From Candidatus Hermodarchaeota archaeon (GTDB lineage: Archaea > Asgardarchaeota > Lokiarchaeia > Sigyniarchaeales > SOKP01), in NCBI GenBank assembly GCA_048885525.1, contig JBHLLP010000004.1, positions 59,413 to 123,412 on the forward strand: 64,000 bases of DNA, in the 5' to 3' direction. Positions within the stretch are counted from its first letter, which is position 1, and every line of letters starts with the position of its first letter. The notes under the pieces were generated by a model that was not told the DNA's origin, did not search any database, and worked only from the letters and a program-made list of their open reading frames with translations. Below are positions 38,684 through 48,379 of this stretch, one piece after another. A program made the position numbers and the translations under genes.

Positions 38684-39601
38684 ATGTTGAAAACTAAAAC
38701 TAAATTAAAATTAGCTGTTGAAGTCGTCCGTAAAGCTACAGAAATTACGGAATGGTTTAGAAAAAAGGGATTTGAATCCTTCTTGAAGTTAGATCAATCA
38801 CCTGTTACCTTAGCAGATTTTGCATCTCAAATTTATATCGTCTCACAGTTAAAACATTACTTCCCAAATGATGAAATAATTGCAGAAGAAGAAAATATTG
38901 ATTTTATAGATTTTAAGGCAGAAAAGCTGATTAAGAAATGTTTTAATGAATTAAATATTGAAGAATTAAAAAAAATTAAAGAAAATATTGGAATTCGAGG
39001 TCCATCTTCTGAATGTCAATGGACAGTAGACCCAATTGATGGGACGATTGGATATCAAAAGGGACTGCCTTATGCTGTAGGTGTTGGATTTATGATAAAT
39101 TCAATCCCCAAATTATGTGCGATTGCAGTACCAAATTATAATAATAATTCGTTAGCTGTCTTCTCAGCAGAGGAAGGTAAAGGAGCTCAAGTCTCATATG
39201 ATAATGAGAATTTTAAACCAATTTTAGTCAATAAAAATAAAGAAATACAAAATATACGATTATGCCATTCATTACATTATGATCAACCTTGGGTTCTTAA
39301 TTTTGCAAAGAAAATTGGTATTAAGAACTTCATTCAAATCGATAGTATGGTAAAATTTTGTATGGTAGCTGAAGGAACTGCTGATCTTTATATTAAACCC
39401 CTAGATGAAGAACATTCATTTACATGGGATTTTGTGCCAGGAGATTTAATAGTAAGGGAAGCAAGAGGAAACGTTACAGATCTAAATGGTGAGCGTTTAA
39501 TATTTAAAAATAAAAAATGTATATGGACAACTCCTGGTATTATTGCTTCTAATGGTTTCTTACATAGAAAGATTTTAGAATTATACCAAAAGAATCAATA
39601 A
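38684..39601 (+). CDS. Inositol monophosphatase family, HAL2/SAL1-like 3'(2'),5'-bisphosphate nucleotidase
   Basis: K.D.SPVTLADF.SQ, IAEE, W.VDPIDGT, DS..K, WD...G.LIV.EA.G.VTD. Confidence 0.85.
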   Translation: MLKTKTKLKLAVEVVRKATEITEWFRKKGFESFLKLDQSPVTLADFASQIYIVSQLKHYFPNDEIIAEEENIDFIDFKAEKLIKKCFNELNIEELKKIKENIGIRGPSSECQWTVDPIDGTIGYQKGLPYAVGVGFMINSIPKLCAIAVPNYNNNSLAVFSAEEGKGAQVSYDNENFKPILVNKNKEIQNIRLCHSLHYDQPWVLNFAKKIGIKNFIQIDSMVKFCMVAEGTADLYIKPLDEEHSFTWDFVPGDLIVREARGNVTDLNGERLIFKNKKCIWTTPGIIASNGFLHRKILELYQKNQ

Positions 39602-39633
39602 AAATTTTTATTTAATTTAAACAGAAAAAAGAC

Positions 39634-40146
39634 TTATTTTTTAAATTTCTCTAGTGAATCTTCAAGCCATTTTAAATACCAATCCTTAGAAGTTAGGTCT
39701 TTTTTTTCTAATCCACCATAATCTGATAACTTATCTATCCATATTTTCCCTACTTCTGGTCCAGAAATAATCAACCAATTGCGAATAGCCCATCCCTGAT
39801 GACAAATAGGAATCGCGCCATTAATCGCTTTCCAATACTCATCTTGAACCGCTAGATAATCTTTTTCAAATTCTTTTTTATCATCGTAATTTTCCTAATT
39901 AGGAAAGTTAGATTTATTATTCCAATCTGATGTATATGGAAATGGCTTAGATAGGACTCCAACAAAACCATCATTCTCTTTCCAGGCACTTTCATCATAT
40001 TCACCTAAGGGAAATCCTCCATAATAAGGACCGGTACCTCCATTTCCAATTTCCATCAAAAATGTCATATAATCTAACGGTAACTTTATTTTATGTCTAG
40101 TCTCAAATTTAATTATTACCTCTTCTGAGAGAGTAAATCCTCTAAT
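39634..40146 (-). pseudogene. SMI1/KNR4 (SUKH) family immunity protein pseudogene
   Basis: Manual translation LSEE.I.KFE.RHKIKLPLDY..FL.EIGNGG.GPYYG...KPFP...*...NGAIPICHQG...LIISG...GKIW...WY.KWLE; in-frame TAG at 39895-39897; no start codon. Confidence 0.8.
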
Positions 40147-40221
40147 TTAGATAAAATATCATTTAAATCCATCAATCTTTAAACCATCTTTATTATTAAT
40201 GATAATTATATGATTATTTAA

Positions 40222-41310
40222 TTAAATTCTAGCAAACTCTAATAAATTTGTCTGTTTTACTTTTAAATTCTTATTAAAATTAGATAACTTAATTCCTAAT
40301 AATCTTACCTTTTTTTTATTACCTATAAACTCTTTATATAAATCTAGTACTGTCTTTATTGTGATCTTTTGATCCTGAATTGGTAGATCATATGATTTTG
40401 AGCGAGTATAAGTTTCAAATCCACTTAATCGAATTTTTAGGGTTATAGTTCTATAAGAAATATGATGTTTAATAGCAGATTTGTGAATCTTCTCATTAAT
40501 ATCCTCTAACTTTTCCATTATAACAGAAAAATCATTGGTATCTTCATAAAAAGTTCTTTCTGCACTTATAGATTTTCTATCTTCAACAAATTCTTTTACT
40601 TTACGATTATCTAAACCATTAGCTACATTCCAGATCCATCTCCCATGTTTTCCAAATAACTCAATCATCTTAGGTAATTTTGTATTAATTATGTCGCCAA
40701 TCGTGTTAATTCCTTTTTTATTGAAATTTACTTTTGTTTTCTTACCTATGCCTGGGATACGAGTAATTTCCATATCTTTTACAAGGTCATGAATATTTTC
40801 AGGTTTTACTACAGTAATACCATTAGGTTTATTTTCATCAGATGCAATCTTAGCTAATGATTTTGTAGGGGCGATGCCTATTGAGATAGTAATTCCAATC
40901 TTTTCAGAAATTTCTTTTTGAATTTCTTTTGCAATTTCTTCTGCTTTTTCATAATCGCTTGTTATATTTGTTAATTCTAGATATGCTTCATCTGTCCCAA
41001 CTCTCTGAAATTCATCACTAAAAGTTTCAAGGATATTCATCACTTGTTTTGATACTTCATAATATTTTTCTCCATTCGCTCTTAAATAAATTCCATGAGG
41101 ACATCTTTTATAAGCTTGAGATATTGGCATAGCTGAATGTAATCCATATTTTCTTGCTTCATAATTACAAGTTGCTATAACTCCTCGCCCTTGACCTTCT
41201 TTTGGATCCGCTCCTATTATAACTGGTTTATTTTTATATTGTGGGTTGTCTCTTATTTCTACAGCAGCAAAAAAACAATCAAGATCACAGTGTAAAATAA
41301 CACGATTCAT
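40222..41310 (-). CDS. dinB: DNA polymerase IV (DinB, Y family)
   Basis: HCDLDCFFAAVE, CNYEAR..G..SAM, DEAY, K.LAKIASD..KPNG, C-terminal QTNLLEF PIP-like motif. Confidence 0.95.
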   Translation of the reverse strand: MNRVILHCDLDCFFAAVEIRDNPQYKNKPVIIGADPKEGQGRGVIATCNYEARKYGLHSAMPISQAYKRCPHGIYLRANGEKYYEVSKQVMNILETFSDEFQRVGTDEAYLELTNITSDYEKAEEIAKEIQKEISEKIGITISIGIAPTKSLAKIASDENKPNGITVVKPENIHDLVKDMEITRIPGIGKKTKVNFNKKGINTIGDIINTKLPKMIELFGKHGRWIWNVANGLDNRKVKEFVEDRKSISAERTFYEDTNDFSVIMEKLEDINEKIHKSAIKHHISYRTITLKIRLSGFETYTRSKSYDLPIQDQKITIKTVLDLYKEFIGNKKKVRLLGIKLSNFNKNLKVKQTNLLEFARI

Positions 41311-41491
41311 TATATAACAAAGGAGAGTTATCATTACTAAAATATAGTTTTCATTTTTGATATTCATAAATATTATTTAAAAATACAGACTTCCAAGAAT
41401 TATTAGAAATATCACATTTATGAGTTTTATATCGCTTTAGTGAATATTATTATCAAAATATATTTTTAATTGAATCTTAATTATTTAAATT

Positions 41492-42172
41492 ATGGCATTG
41501 AATAAAGAAGATCAAATTCGTATTGAAGTTGTAAAGGGAGCAAAAGCAATTTTCTCAAAGGGATTAGTGGAAGCTGGAGAAGGTAATGTAAGTGTGAGAT
41601 ATGATAAAAAAGAAGAATTATTTATCACACCTTCATTTAATCAATATGAATCTCTAAAAAAAGATGAAATCGTGCATCTAAATTTTGAAGGGACAGCTTT
41701 AAGCGCTGGAAAATTACCCTCAACTGAAGCAAAGATGCATATCGCGATATATAAATCGAGACCAAAAGTTCAAGCAGTAATCCATACACATTCCCCCTAT
41801 GCGACTATGCTCTCAATTGTCCGAAAAAATATTCCATTAATAATGGAAGAGATGTTTATCTTTTTAGGTGGTTCTGTTGATGTTTCTGAATTTGGAGAAG
41901 CCCATACTATAGAGATTGGGGAAGTAGCTCTAAATGCATTAGGTATTAAAAATGCTGCCCTTTTAGCAAATCACGGTGTTATTGTCTGCGGAAAATCATT
42001 AGATCAGGCTATTAAATTTGCTGAATTAGTTGAAAAGCTCGCTAAAATATATTGGGGTGCCTTACAAATTGGTAAGCCTAACATAATTTCTCAAGAACAT
42101 CTAGAACGATTTCAAAAACTCTTTGAAAGTCTTTTTGCCAATTATCCAAGAAGCATGCGAAAAAAAATATGA
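41492..42172 (+). CDS. Class II aldolase (L-fuculose-1-phosphate aldolase-like)
   Basis: GNVSVR, ITPS, PSTE..MH, IHTH, LANHG. Confidence 0.9.
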   Translation: MALNKEDQIRIEVVKGAKAIFSKGLVEAGEGNVSVRYDKKEELFITPSFNQYESLKKDEIVHLNFEGTALSAGKLPSTEAKMHIAIYKSRPKVQAVIHTHSPYATMLSIVRKNIPLIMEEMFIFLGGSVDVSEFGEAHTIEIGEVALNALGIKNAALLANHGVIVCGKSLDQAIKFAELVEKLAKIYWGALQIGKPNIISQEHLERFQKLFESLFANYPRSMRKKI

Positions 42173-42199
42173 ATAAATCATGGTGGATGAGTAAATTTT

Positions 42200-43030
42200 A
42201 TGAAATTAGGTATTAGTACCTTAGGGCATGTAATTGATTTAGCCCTTAAAGGAAATTTTAAAGATCTTAAAGAATTACAATTTAAAGCTTCAGTAGAATG
42301 CTTAAATTTTGCTGAGCAAAGTGGAATAGAATTTGTTGAATTAGTAATAGATCTTCCTGAAGTTTTTGATAATGAAAATAGGCAGGAATTCATAAAAAAT
42401 GTGAATTCTTACAGTTTAAAAAAACAAATTCATGGACCTTATGTTGATTTGAGTTTATGTTCTTATAATAATCATATAAGAGAGGCATCAATAGAATCAT
42501 GTAAAGAAACAGCAAAGATATGTTATCAAATTGATGTTGAAACAATGACAATACATCCTGGTTATGCAAACTTTATGTTAGGCTCTATTCGAGAAATTAA
42601 TAAGGAGCAATTAAAACGGTCTATTCATACATTACTAGACTCTATAAATCATAATAAATTAAAGATTTGTTTAGAAAATATGCCTCAAGATGCCTATATT
42701 ATGACAGATACCAATAATATCGAAGAAATATTTAAAGTAATTAATCGAAATGATCTATTTATCACTTATGATACTAGCCATTTTTACACGTGTGATGGTG
42801 ATCTGAGACTTTTATGGGCAAAATTTCACAGTATTATAAAAAATGTTCATATTGTTGATAATTTCACAAAAATTTCTGATACACACCCAACTTTAGGTAC
42901 TGGAAAGATTGATTTTAAAGAAATTATTGATGTAATGAAAAATTATAATTATAATGGACCTTTAATTATTGAGTTATCTTCTGTGAAATCATTAAATCAA
43001 AGTATTAATTTTATTAACAAGTTCTTATAA
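42200..43030 (+). CDS. Sugar phosphate isomerase/epimerase (xylose isomerase-like TIM barrel)
   Basis: IHGP, IHPG, LENM, YDTSH, HIVDN...DTH...G.G.IDF, IIE. Confidence 0.88.
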   Translation: MKLGISTLGHVIDLALKGNFKDLKELQFKASVECLNFAEQSGIEFVELVIDLPEVFDNENRQEFIKNVNSYSLKKQIHGPYVDLSLCSYNNHIREASIESCKETAKICYQIDVETMTIHPGYANFMLGSIREINKEQLKRSIHTLLDSINHNKLKICLENMPQDAYIMTDTNNIEEIFKVINRNDLFITYDTSHFYTCDGDLRLLWAKFHSIIKNVHIVDNFTKISDTHPTLGTGKIDFKEIIDVMKNYNYNGPLIIELSSVKSLNQSINFINKFL

Positions 43031-43074
43031 CTAATTTATAGTATCAAACATAATTTCAATAATATAAACTTAAA

Positions 43075-43467
43075 ATGCCAATAATATCTTTGCAAGTAAG
43101 TGACGATTTATTAGAAAGATTTGAAAAGGTACGAAGTCTTAGTGGATTTACTTCAAAAAGTGAAGCTTTGAGGGGTTCCATAATAAATTTCATTGAAAAA
43201 CATGAAAAACTTGAAAATCTCGAAGGATATAAATTAATGACCGTGAGTCTAGTATATCCTTTTAAAGAAATAATTGTTGATCAAATAACCGAATTATATT
43301 CTCGATATCACCAAATTATAAAAACAGTAACAGATTGGCGGATTGCAGAAAAAAAAATAGAGTTACTTTTATTAGTAGGTGAATTTGGAACAATTAAAGA
43401 TTTTTATAAAGAATTAGCTAAAATAAAGGAAATCATCTGTTCCATTCGGGAAATTATCATTGACTAA
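43075..43467 (+). CDS. NikR/CopG-like ribbon-helix-helix regulator
   Basis: IISL.V...LL..F......GF.SKSEALR N-terminus plus ACT-like C-terminus. Confidence 0.8.
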   Translation: MPIISLQVSDDLLERFEKVRSLSGFTSKSEALRGSIINFIEKHEKLENLEGYKLMTVSLVYPFKEIIVDQITELYSRYHQIIKTVTDWRIAEKKIELLLLVGEFGTIKDFYKELAKIKEIICSIREIIID

Positions 43468-43476
43468 TAATTGAAT

Positions 43477-44340
43477 TTAATCAAAACGAAGTGAAAAATC
43501 TACTTGCTCCGAAGGAAATTGAGTTATTGACCCAGAACTTATCACATCAGGTTCAGAAAGTAAATAATCAACAATGTTATTTTTTGTTATCCCACCAGAG
43601 ATTTCTACTATAACTTTATCTCTAAGATTATGCTTCTTTAATAAATTAATTGCATCTTCCACTTGGTTTGGGTCCATATTATCTAACATCACAATATCTG
43701 CTCCATTCTTTGCTGCAATCAATATATCATCCACTTTTTCGATTTCTATCTCAATTTTTTTCGAAAAGCTGTTAATTGACTTCACTTCTTTTAATAATTT
43801 TTCAATATCTCCATTGAAGTATCTTAAATGAGTATCTTTTAATAATACCATATCATCAAGAGAGAACCTATGCGAATCTGCGTGTCCTAGTTCTACCGCC
43901 TTTTTTTCAAAAATACGAATTCCTGGTGTTGTCTTTCGAGTACAAGCAATCTTAACATTTTTTCCTGAATCCTTAATTAATTTAACATATTTTCTTGCTG
44001 TAGTTGTTATAGCACTCATATGTGCAATCAGATTCAATCCTGTTCTCTCTCCTAACAGAATGTCTCTTGTGTTTCCTCTTAATTCAACAATAATATCTCC
44101 TTTATTTACTTCTTCTCCATCTTTTATTTTAAAAGTCGTAGAAACATTTAACATATTATAAAGTATCTTTAATTCTTCTAATCCTGAAATGTATCCAGCA
44201 CTTTTTGCTAAAATCTTTGCCGATGTGATTGCATTCTCTGGAATAACTTTAGAACTTACATCAGCAAACCTACAATCTTCTAGCAAAAACTCTCTAATTT
44301 TCTGTTCAATCACAATTCTATTGTAACTCATATTTCGCAC
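43477..44340 (-). CDS. nadC: Nicotinate-nucleotide pyrophosphorylase (carboxylating)
   Basis: ER..LN, TRKTTPG, HRF.L.D.VLLKD.H, EIE, MLDN, SGGI. Confidence 0.95.
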   Translation of the reverse strand: MRNMSYNRIVIEQKIREFLLEDCRFADVSSKVIPENAITSAKILAKSAGYISGLEELKILYNMLNVSTTFKIKDGEEVNKGDIIVELRGNTRDILLGERTGLNLIAHMSAITTTARKYVKLIKDSGKNVKIACTRKTTPGIRIFEKKAVELGHADSHRFSLDDMVLLKDTHLRYFNGDIEKLLKEVKSINSFSKKIEIEIEKVDDILIAAKNGADIVMLDNMDPNQVEDAINLLKKHNLRDKVIVEISGGITKNNIVDYLLSEPDVISSGSITQFPSEQVDFSLRFD

Positions 44341-44386
44341 ATTCTAATATAGTATTATTATTATAGATAAAAAATTAATTAAAATT

Positions 44387-45025
44387 ATGGTAGGAAAAGA
44401 ATTATTATTTATTAAAAATAATGAGATAGAACTTGAGGCTGAATATTTTCATTCAAACAGAAATAAAGATTTTCCGGCAGTTTTAATTTCTCACCCTCAT
44501 CCTCAATATGGTGGAAATATGTATAATAATGTTGTGTCTGGAGTGTTTAATAAATTAACAAGTAATAATATTTCATGTTTAAGGTTTAACTTTAGGGGTG
44601 TAGGAAAATCAACTGGAAATCATTCTGGAGGATCAGGAGAATTGAGTGATGTAAAAGCCTGTATTGACTTTTTAATAAATAAGAAAAAATGTGAAAGGAT
44701 TATATTATGTGGTTATTCCTATGGTGCTGCAATTGGATGTTCTGCGATTAATCACTCTGATAAGATTATTGGTTATATAGCTATATCATTTCCCTTTGAT
44801 TTCATGGGATCGAAATATAGAGATCTTTCTCAGTCTACCAAACCAAAATTATTCATACAAGGTAATCAAGATACAGTTGCCTTTTATGAAAGATTTGAGG
44901 AAAATTATAACTTCTATAATGATCCAAAGAGAAATAAAATTATTAAAGGAGCAGATCATTTCTATTGGAGTTATGAAGAAGAGGTAGCTAACGAAACTTT
45001 AAGATTTTATAATGATTTAATCTAA
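44387..45025 (+). CDS. Alpha/beta hydrolase
   Basis: HPHPQYGGNM.N.VV, RFNFRGVG.S.G, GYSYG, G..D, ADHF. Confidence 0.92.
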   Translation: MVGKELLFIKNNEIELEAEYFHSNRNKDFPAVLISHPHPQYGGNMYNNVVSGVFNKLTSNNISCLRFNFRGVGKSTGNHSGGSGELSDVKACIDFLINKKKCERIILCGYSYGAAIGCSAINHSDKIIGYIAISFPFDFMGSKYRDLSQSTKPKLFIQGNQDTVAFYERFEENYNFYNDPKRNKIIKGADHFYWSYEEEVANETLRFYNDLI

Positions 45026-45082
45026 AAACTCATCGATTTTATCGATTAAATTAGGAAAAAAGAAGAAGTAAGAAACGAATGA

Positions 45083-45493
45083 TTATAAACTTGAAAGCTT
45101 TTCCAAATCTGCTTGGGAATTTTCAACAGCCCAATCAAGGAGTTGGTCAAGATATCGTTCTACATCCTCACTTTCAGGAGATTTTGTTAAAATTGCTAAT
45201 AGAAATTGATTTTTATTATCAGGCATGATAATATTTCTCATGATAATATAATCGTGCTTGTATTTAATTTTCATACTCTGAATATCAGAAAGTTCTAATT
45301 CCTCTGCAGCTTTATAAGCAGAATCACTTAATAATGAACCCATGGCTGCAATTACACGTTCATCTATATTTTCTTCTTTTTGGGATGCTAAAACTAGACC
45401 TGTTGAGGTTGCAAAAAGTGATGCGCGAAGATTCCCATTTTCATTAAGTTCTTTAAGTACCAACTCAAGTCGACTTACCAAATCTATACACAC
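45083..45493 (-). CDS. Roadblock/LC7 domain protein
   Basis: L..L.....LRASLFAT.TGLVLAS......DE..IAAMGS.L...A. Confidence 0.82.
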   Translation of the reverse strand: MCIDLVSRLELVLKELNENGNLRASLFATSTGLVLASQKEENIDERVIAAMGSLLSDSAYKAAEELELSDIQSMKIKYKHDYIIMRNIIMPDNKNQFLLAILTKSPESEDVERYLDQLLDWAVENSQADLEKLSSL

Positions 45494-45736
45494 TCTATAA
45501 AGATTATTTTATTACTATCTTAGATAAAAATAAAAAAATTTTACTTCAATATATTTTTAATATAATAATCTTGCATAAAATTTGCTTGTATAAATAATAT
45601 GAGTTATTTAATATTTAAAATTATTCTATGTAGATTTTAGATTATTTGAAAATGGTTTAGTAATAACGAAAAATGATTTTTATTAAAAAATATCTTCATG
45701 ATATTAAATAAAATAACTCAATTAAAATTCCAGAGA

Positions 45737-46255
45737 TTAGGTTTTTAAGGTAATAATAAAGGTTGATAAAATATCATTTTCATCAATATTTAAAGTAATA
45801 ACACTTGGTCTTGCTAAAGGTTTTAAGAATCCTGTTTTTTCGGGAGGTGCTTTTGGTTTTGTTGGAGAACCTGGATTTAAAAGAAGGACATTAAAATTTG
45901 TTCCTTTAATCAGTGGTTGATGAGTATGTCCAAATATAAGAATTTGTAAATTATGTTCTTTAACAAAATCTTCAAGATTATCTGGTAAAATATGAATTAC
46001 TCCAATATTATACTGCCCGATAGAAAACTCAATAAAAGAATCTAAGTTTTTAATATTATCAAGATTCCCTTTAACACATTTAGTTTCTGCTATTCCTTTA
46101 ATTTTATTTAGGAAAAATTCTTCACATACATCTCCTGCATGGATAATCTCATCGACGTCTTTAAATACATTTTTAAGCTGATCAATCAGAAAACTAATTT
46201 TCTCTTTAGTATCATTATTAGTGATATGTGTATCAGAAAGAATCCCCAACTTCAT
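45737..46255 (-). CDS. YfcE/MJ0936 (Vps29-like fold) metallophosphoesterase
   Basis: SDTH, HAGD, GN.D, GHTH, NPGS. Confidence 0.9.
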   Translation of the reverse strand: MKLGILSDTHITNNDTKEKISFLIDQLKNVFKDVDEIIHAGDVCEEFFLNKIKGIAETKCVKGNLDNIKNLDSFIEFSIGQYNIGVIHILPDNLEDFVKEHNLQILIFGHTHQPLIKGTNFNVLLLNPGSPTKPKAPPEKTGFLKPLARPSVITLNIDENDILSTFIITLKT

Positions 46256-46270
46256 TAATACAATACTCCT

Positions 46271-47344
46271 CTATATCGCGATCATAAAACCCATTAAAAA
46301 AATAAATAATCCTATAAAAAGATCAAAGAAAATCCTAAAAATAACATCTCCTTTTGTTCTTTCACTAGTTTCATCGGGTTTAAAATACGTTTTTAACATT
46401 TTAAATCCAATTGAAAGGCTGTCTTTTATCAGAGAATAATACCAGACAATCAAACCACATCCAATAATAAACAATGGATAATATAAATAAAGAGCTACTA
46501 CAATAAAATTACTGCCTTGCCAAAAACTCCAAACTACCTGGGCAGAGATTAAATTATTTAATGTATGAGCTATAATTACGGGGATTAGCCATTTTCGTCT
46601 TATTACAACTAAGGAAAGAATTATCCCAATCACAAATGCTTGTAAAAACCAAATAAATGGATACCAAGGAGGAAATGATCTACTTATAGGATCGAGGAAA
46701 TAAGCAAAATGACCTAATGCCCAATAAAACGATGCTATTATCACTGCAGAAATCCCAAAAAAATGTTCACTTCCTCTTTTAGTTAAAAAACCTCTTGAAA
46801 TAGTTTCTTCAGCTATAGCTACTGAAAACTGAATCACGATTGCTGATATTAAAAATATAAAATAATTTCCAGATAAGAAATATGCTCCTGTTGCCTTAAG
46901 ACTAAGGGTAAGAGCTTGGTATTCAATCATTTGAGGTATAAGAAGATAATTAAAGAAATCAATAGGTAAGAAAACTAGAAAGAAAATCAAGATCCCATAT
47001 AGAATTTGATATTTATAATTCTTTTTGGTTATTTTATATAATTTTAAGTGTCCTATTGCTGGCGAAATATCTTCCTCCATTATTATATTACGTTTTTGTG
47101 ATTCAAATATTAAATTGGCAAGAGGATACACTAGTGGTACTCCGATTAATACAAAAATTGCTCTTAATAAATAGAAAAGTACACCATACAGGGGAGATGT
47201 TTCATCTATGATTAATGGAACTAAGAAAAGTGGAATTAATAAAAATATAAAAATTAAAATAAACACCCAGACAATTTCTTGATAAAAAAATCTAAATCTT
47301 TTTAGAGCTATGTTTCTCTTTCTTTGTTCACCCAGTTTTACCAT
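46271..47344 (-). CDS. CPBP (type II CAAX/Rce1-like) intramembrane metalloprotease
   Basis: EE...RG, W...H, H...N motifs in a multi-TM protein. Confidence 0.82.
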   Translation of the reverse strand: MVKLGEQRKRNIALKRFRFFYQEIVWVFILIFIFLLIPLFLVPLIIDETSPLYGVLFYLLRAIFVLIGVPLVYPLANLIFESQKRNIIMEEDISPAIGHLKLYKITKKNYKYQILYGILIFFLVFLPIDFFNYLLIPQMIEYQALTLSLKATGAYFLSGNYFIFLISAIVIQFSVAIAEETISRGFLTKRGSEHFFGISAVIIASFYWALGHFAYFLDPISRSFPPWYPFIWFLQAFVIGIILSLVVIRRKWLIPVIIAHTLNNLISAQVVWSFWQGSNFIVVALYLYYPLFIIGCGLIVWYYSLIKDSLSIGFKMLKTYFKPDETSERTKGDVIFRIFFDLFIGLFIFLMGFMIAI

Positions 47345-47413
47345 TCATAATCACTTAACTTTTTAGATAAAAAAGTATTGAATCAAAAAATTATAAATTT
47401 TTTTGTTTAAATC

Positions 47414-48367
47414 TTAGGATGACAGTGTTAACTCATCGGCAGTTGGAATACCACTTCTAGCTCCTAATTCTTGGATGCATTTTCCTGCTATCATATTTCC
47501 AATAATGACATTGGATTTGAGATCTTCAAATTTAAAGCTAAAATTTCTAATAAACCCATATATAAATCCAGCAGAAAACGCATCTCCCGCTCCTGTTGTG
47601 TCAATAACATGTTCTACTTTAATTGGTTTAATTAATTCAAATTGTTCTGAATTGAAAATTAAAGCTCCTTTTTTCCCCATTGTTAGTATTATAACTTTAA
47701 TTCCCAATTCGAAAAGATTTTTAACTTTTATTTCTATTAACTGCTCATTTAGTTTATTATCTTCTAGTTGAAACAGATTTTGGAATTCTTTTTTTGATAT
47801 TATTAAAATTTCAACTAGCGCAAATAATTTTTTTATTTTTTCAAAACCTTGTTCAATAATTAGCATTCCGGGATTTAATATAACTGGTATCTTATTTTTT
47901 TTACCGATTTTAGCTGCTTTTTCAAATGGATCTAAATTTCTTAAACTACTTAAGTAAATTGCTTTTGCTTTGATTAAATCCTCAGAATTAATGTCATTCG
48001 CGGAAAGTAAATTTGCAGCTCCACTATATGCATAAATTCTTCGCTCTCCATCTTTATTTATTGCCACATACGCCGATCCTGTACCCTGTTCTTTCGAATA
48101 TTTAATTAAGGTTGTATCCAGCGACACTTCCTTAAAATCTTTAACGATTTTAATTCCAAAATCATCATTATGTCCCAATTTTCCAATAAAAGCGACGTTT
48201 AATCCTAGCTTTGCACATGCATATGCAGTGTTTGCTGCTGCCCCTCCTGATAATAAATGCAAATTCGATACAAAAACTTCATCATCTTCTATAGGATGCC
48301 TTTCAATTTTAGCGATTATATCAACAAGAGCTGCCCCAATACAAATGACATCTAATTCTTTTACCAT
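47414..48367 (-). CDS. PfkB/ribokinase family carbohydrate kinase
   Basis: GGAAANTA, T.G..G, DTTGAGDAF.AG. Confidence 0.93.
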   Translation of the reverse strand: MVKELDVICIGAALVDIIAKIERHPIEDDEVFVSNLHLLSGGAAANTAYACAKLGLNVAFIGKLGHNDDFGIKIVKDFKEVSLDTTLIKYSKEQGTGSAYVAINKDGERRIYAYSGAANLLSANDINSEDLIKAKAIYLSSLRNLDPFEKAAKIGKKNKIPVILNPGMLIIEQGFEKIKKLFALVEILIISKKEFQNLFQLEDNKLNEQLIEIKVKNLFELGIKVIILTMGKKGALIFNSEQFELIKPIKVEHVIDTTGAGDAFSAGFIYGFIRNFSFKFEDLKSNVIIGNMIAGKCIQELGARSGIPTADELTLSS

Positions 48368-48379
48368 TTACAAAAACCC

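Noticed and set aside
39895-39897. In-frame TAG as pyrrolysine or readthrough
   Set aside because: The gene also lacks a start codon and shows motif erosion, and no pyl genes are in the window; a pseudogene is the simpler explanation
45737-46255. Calling this gene a true Vps29 retromer subunit
   Set aside because: Motifs fit the generic YfcE/MJ0936 family, and no Vps26/Vps35-like genes are nearby
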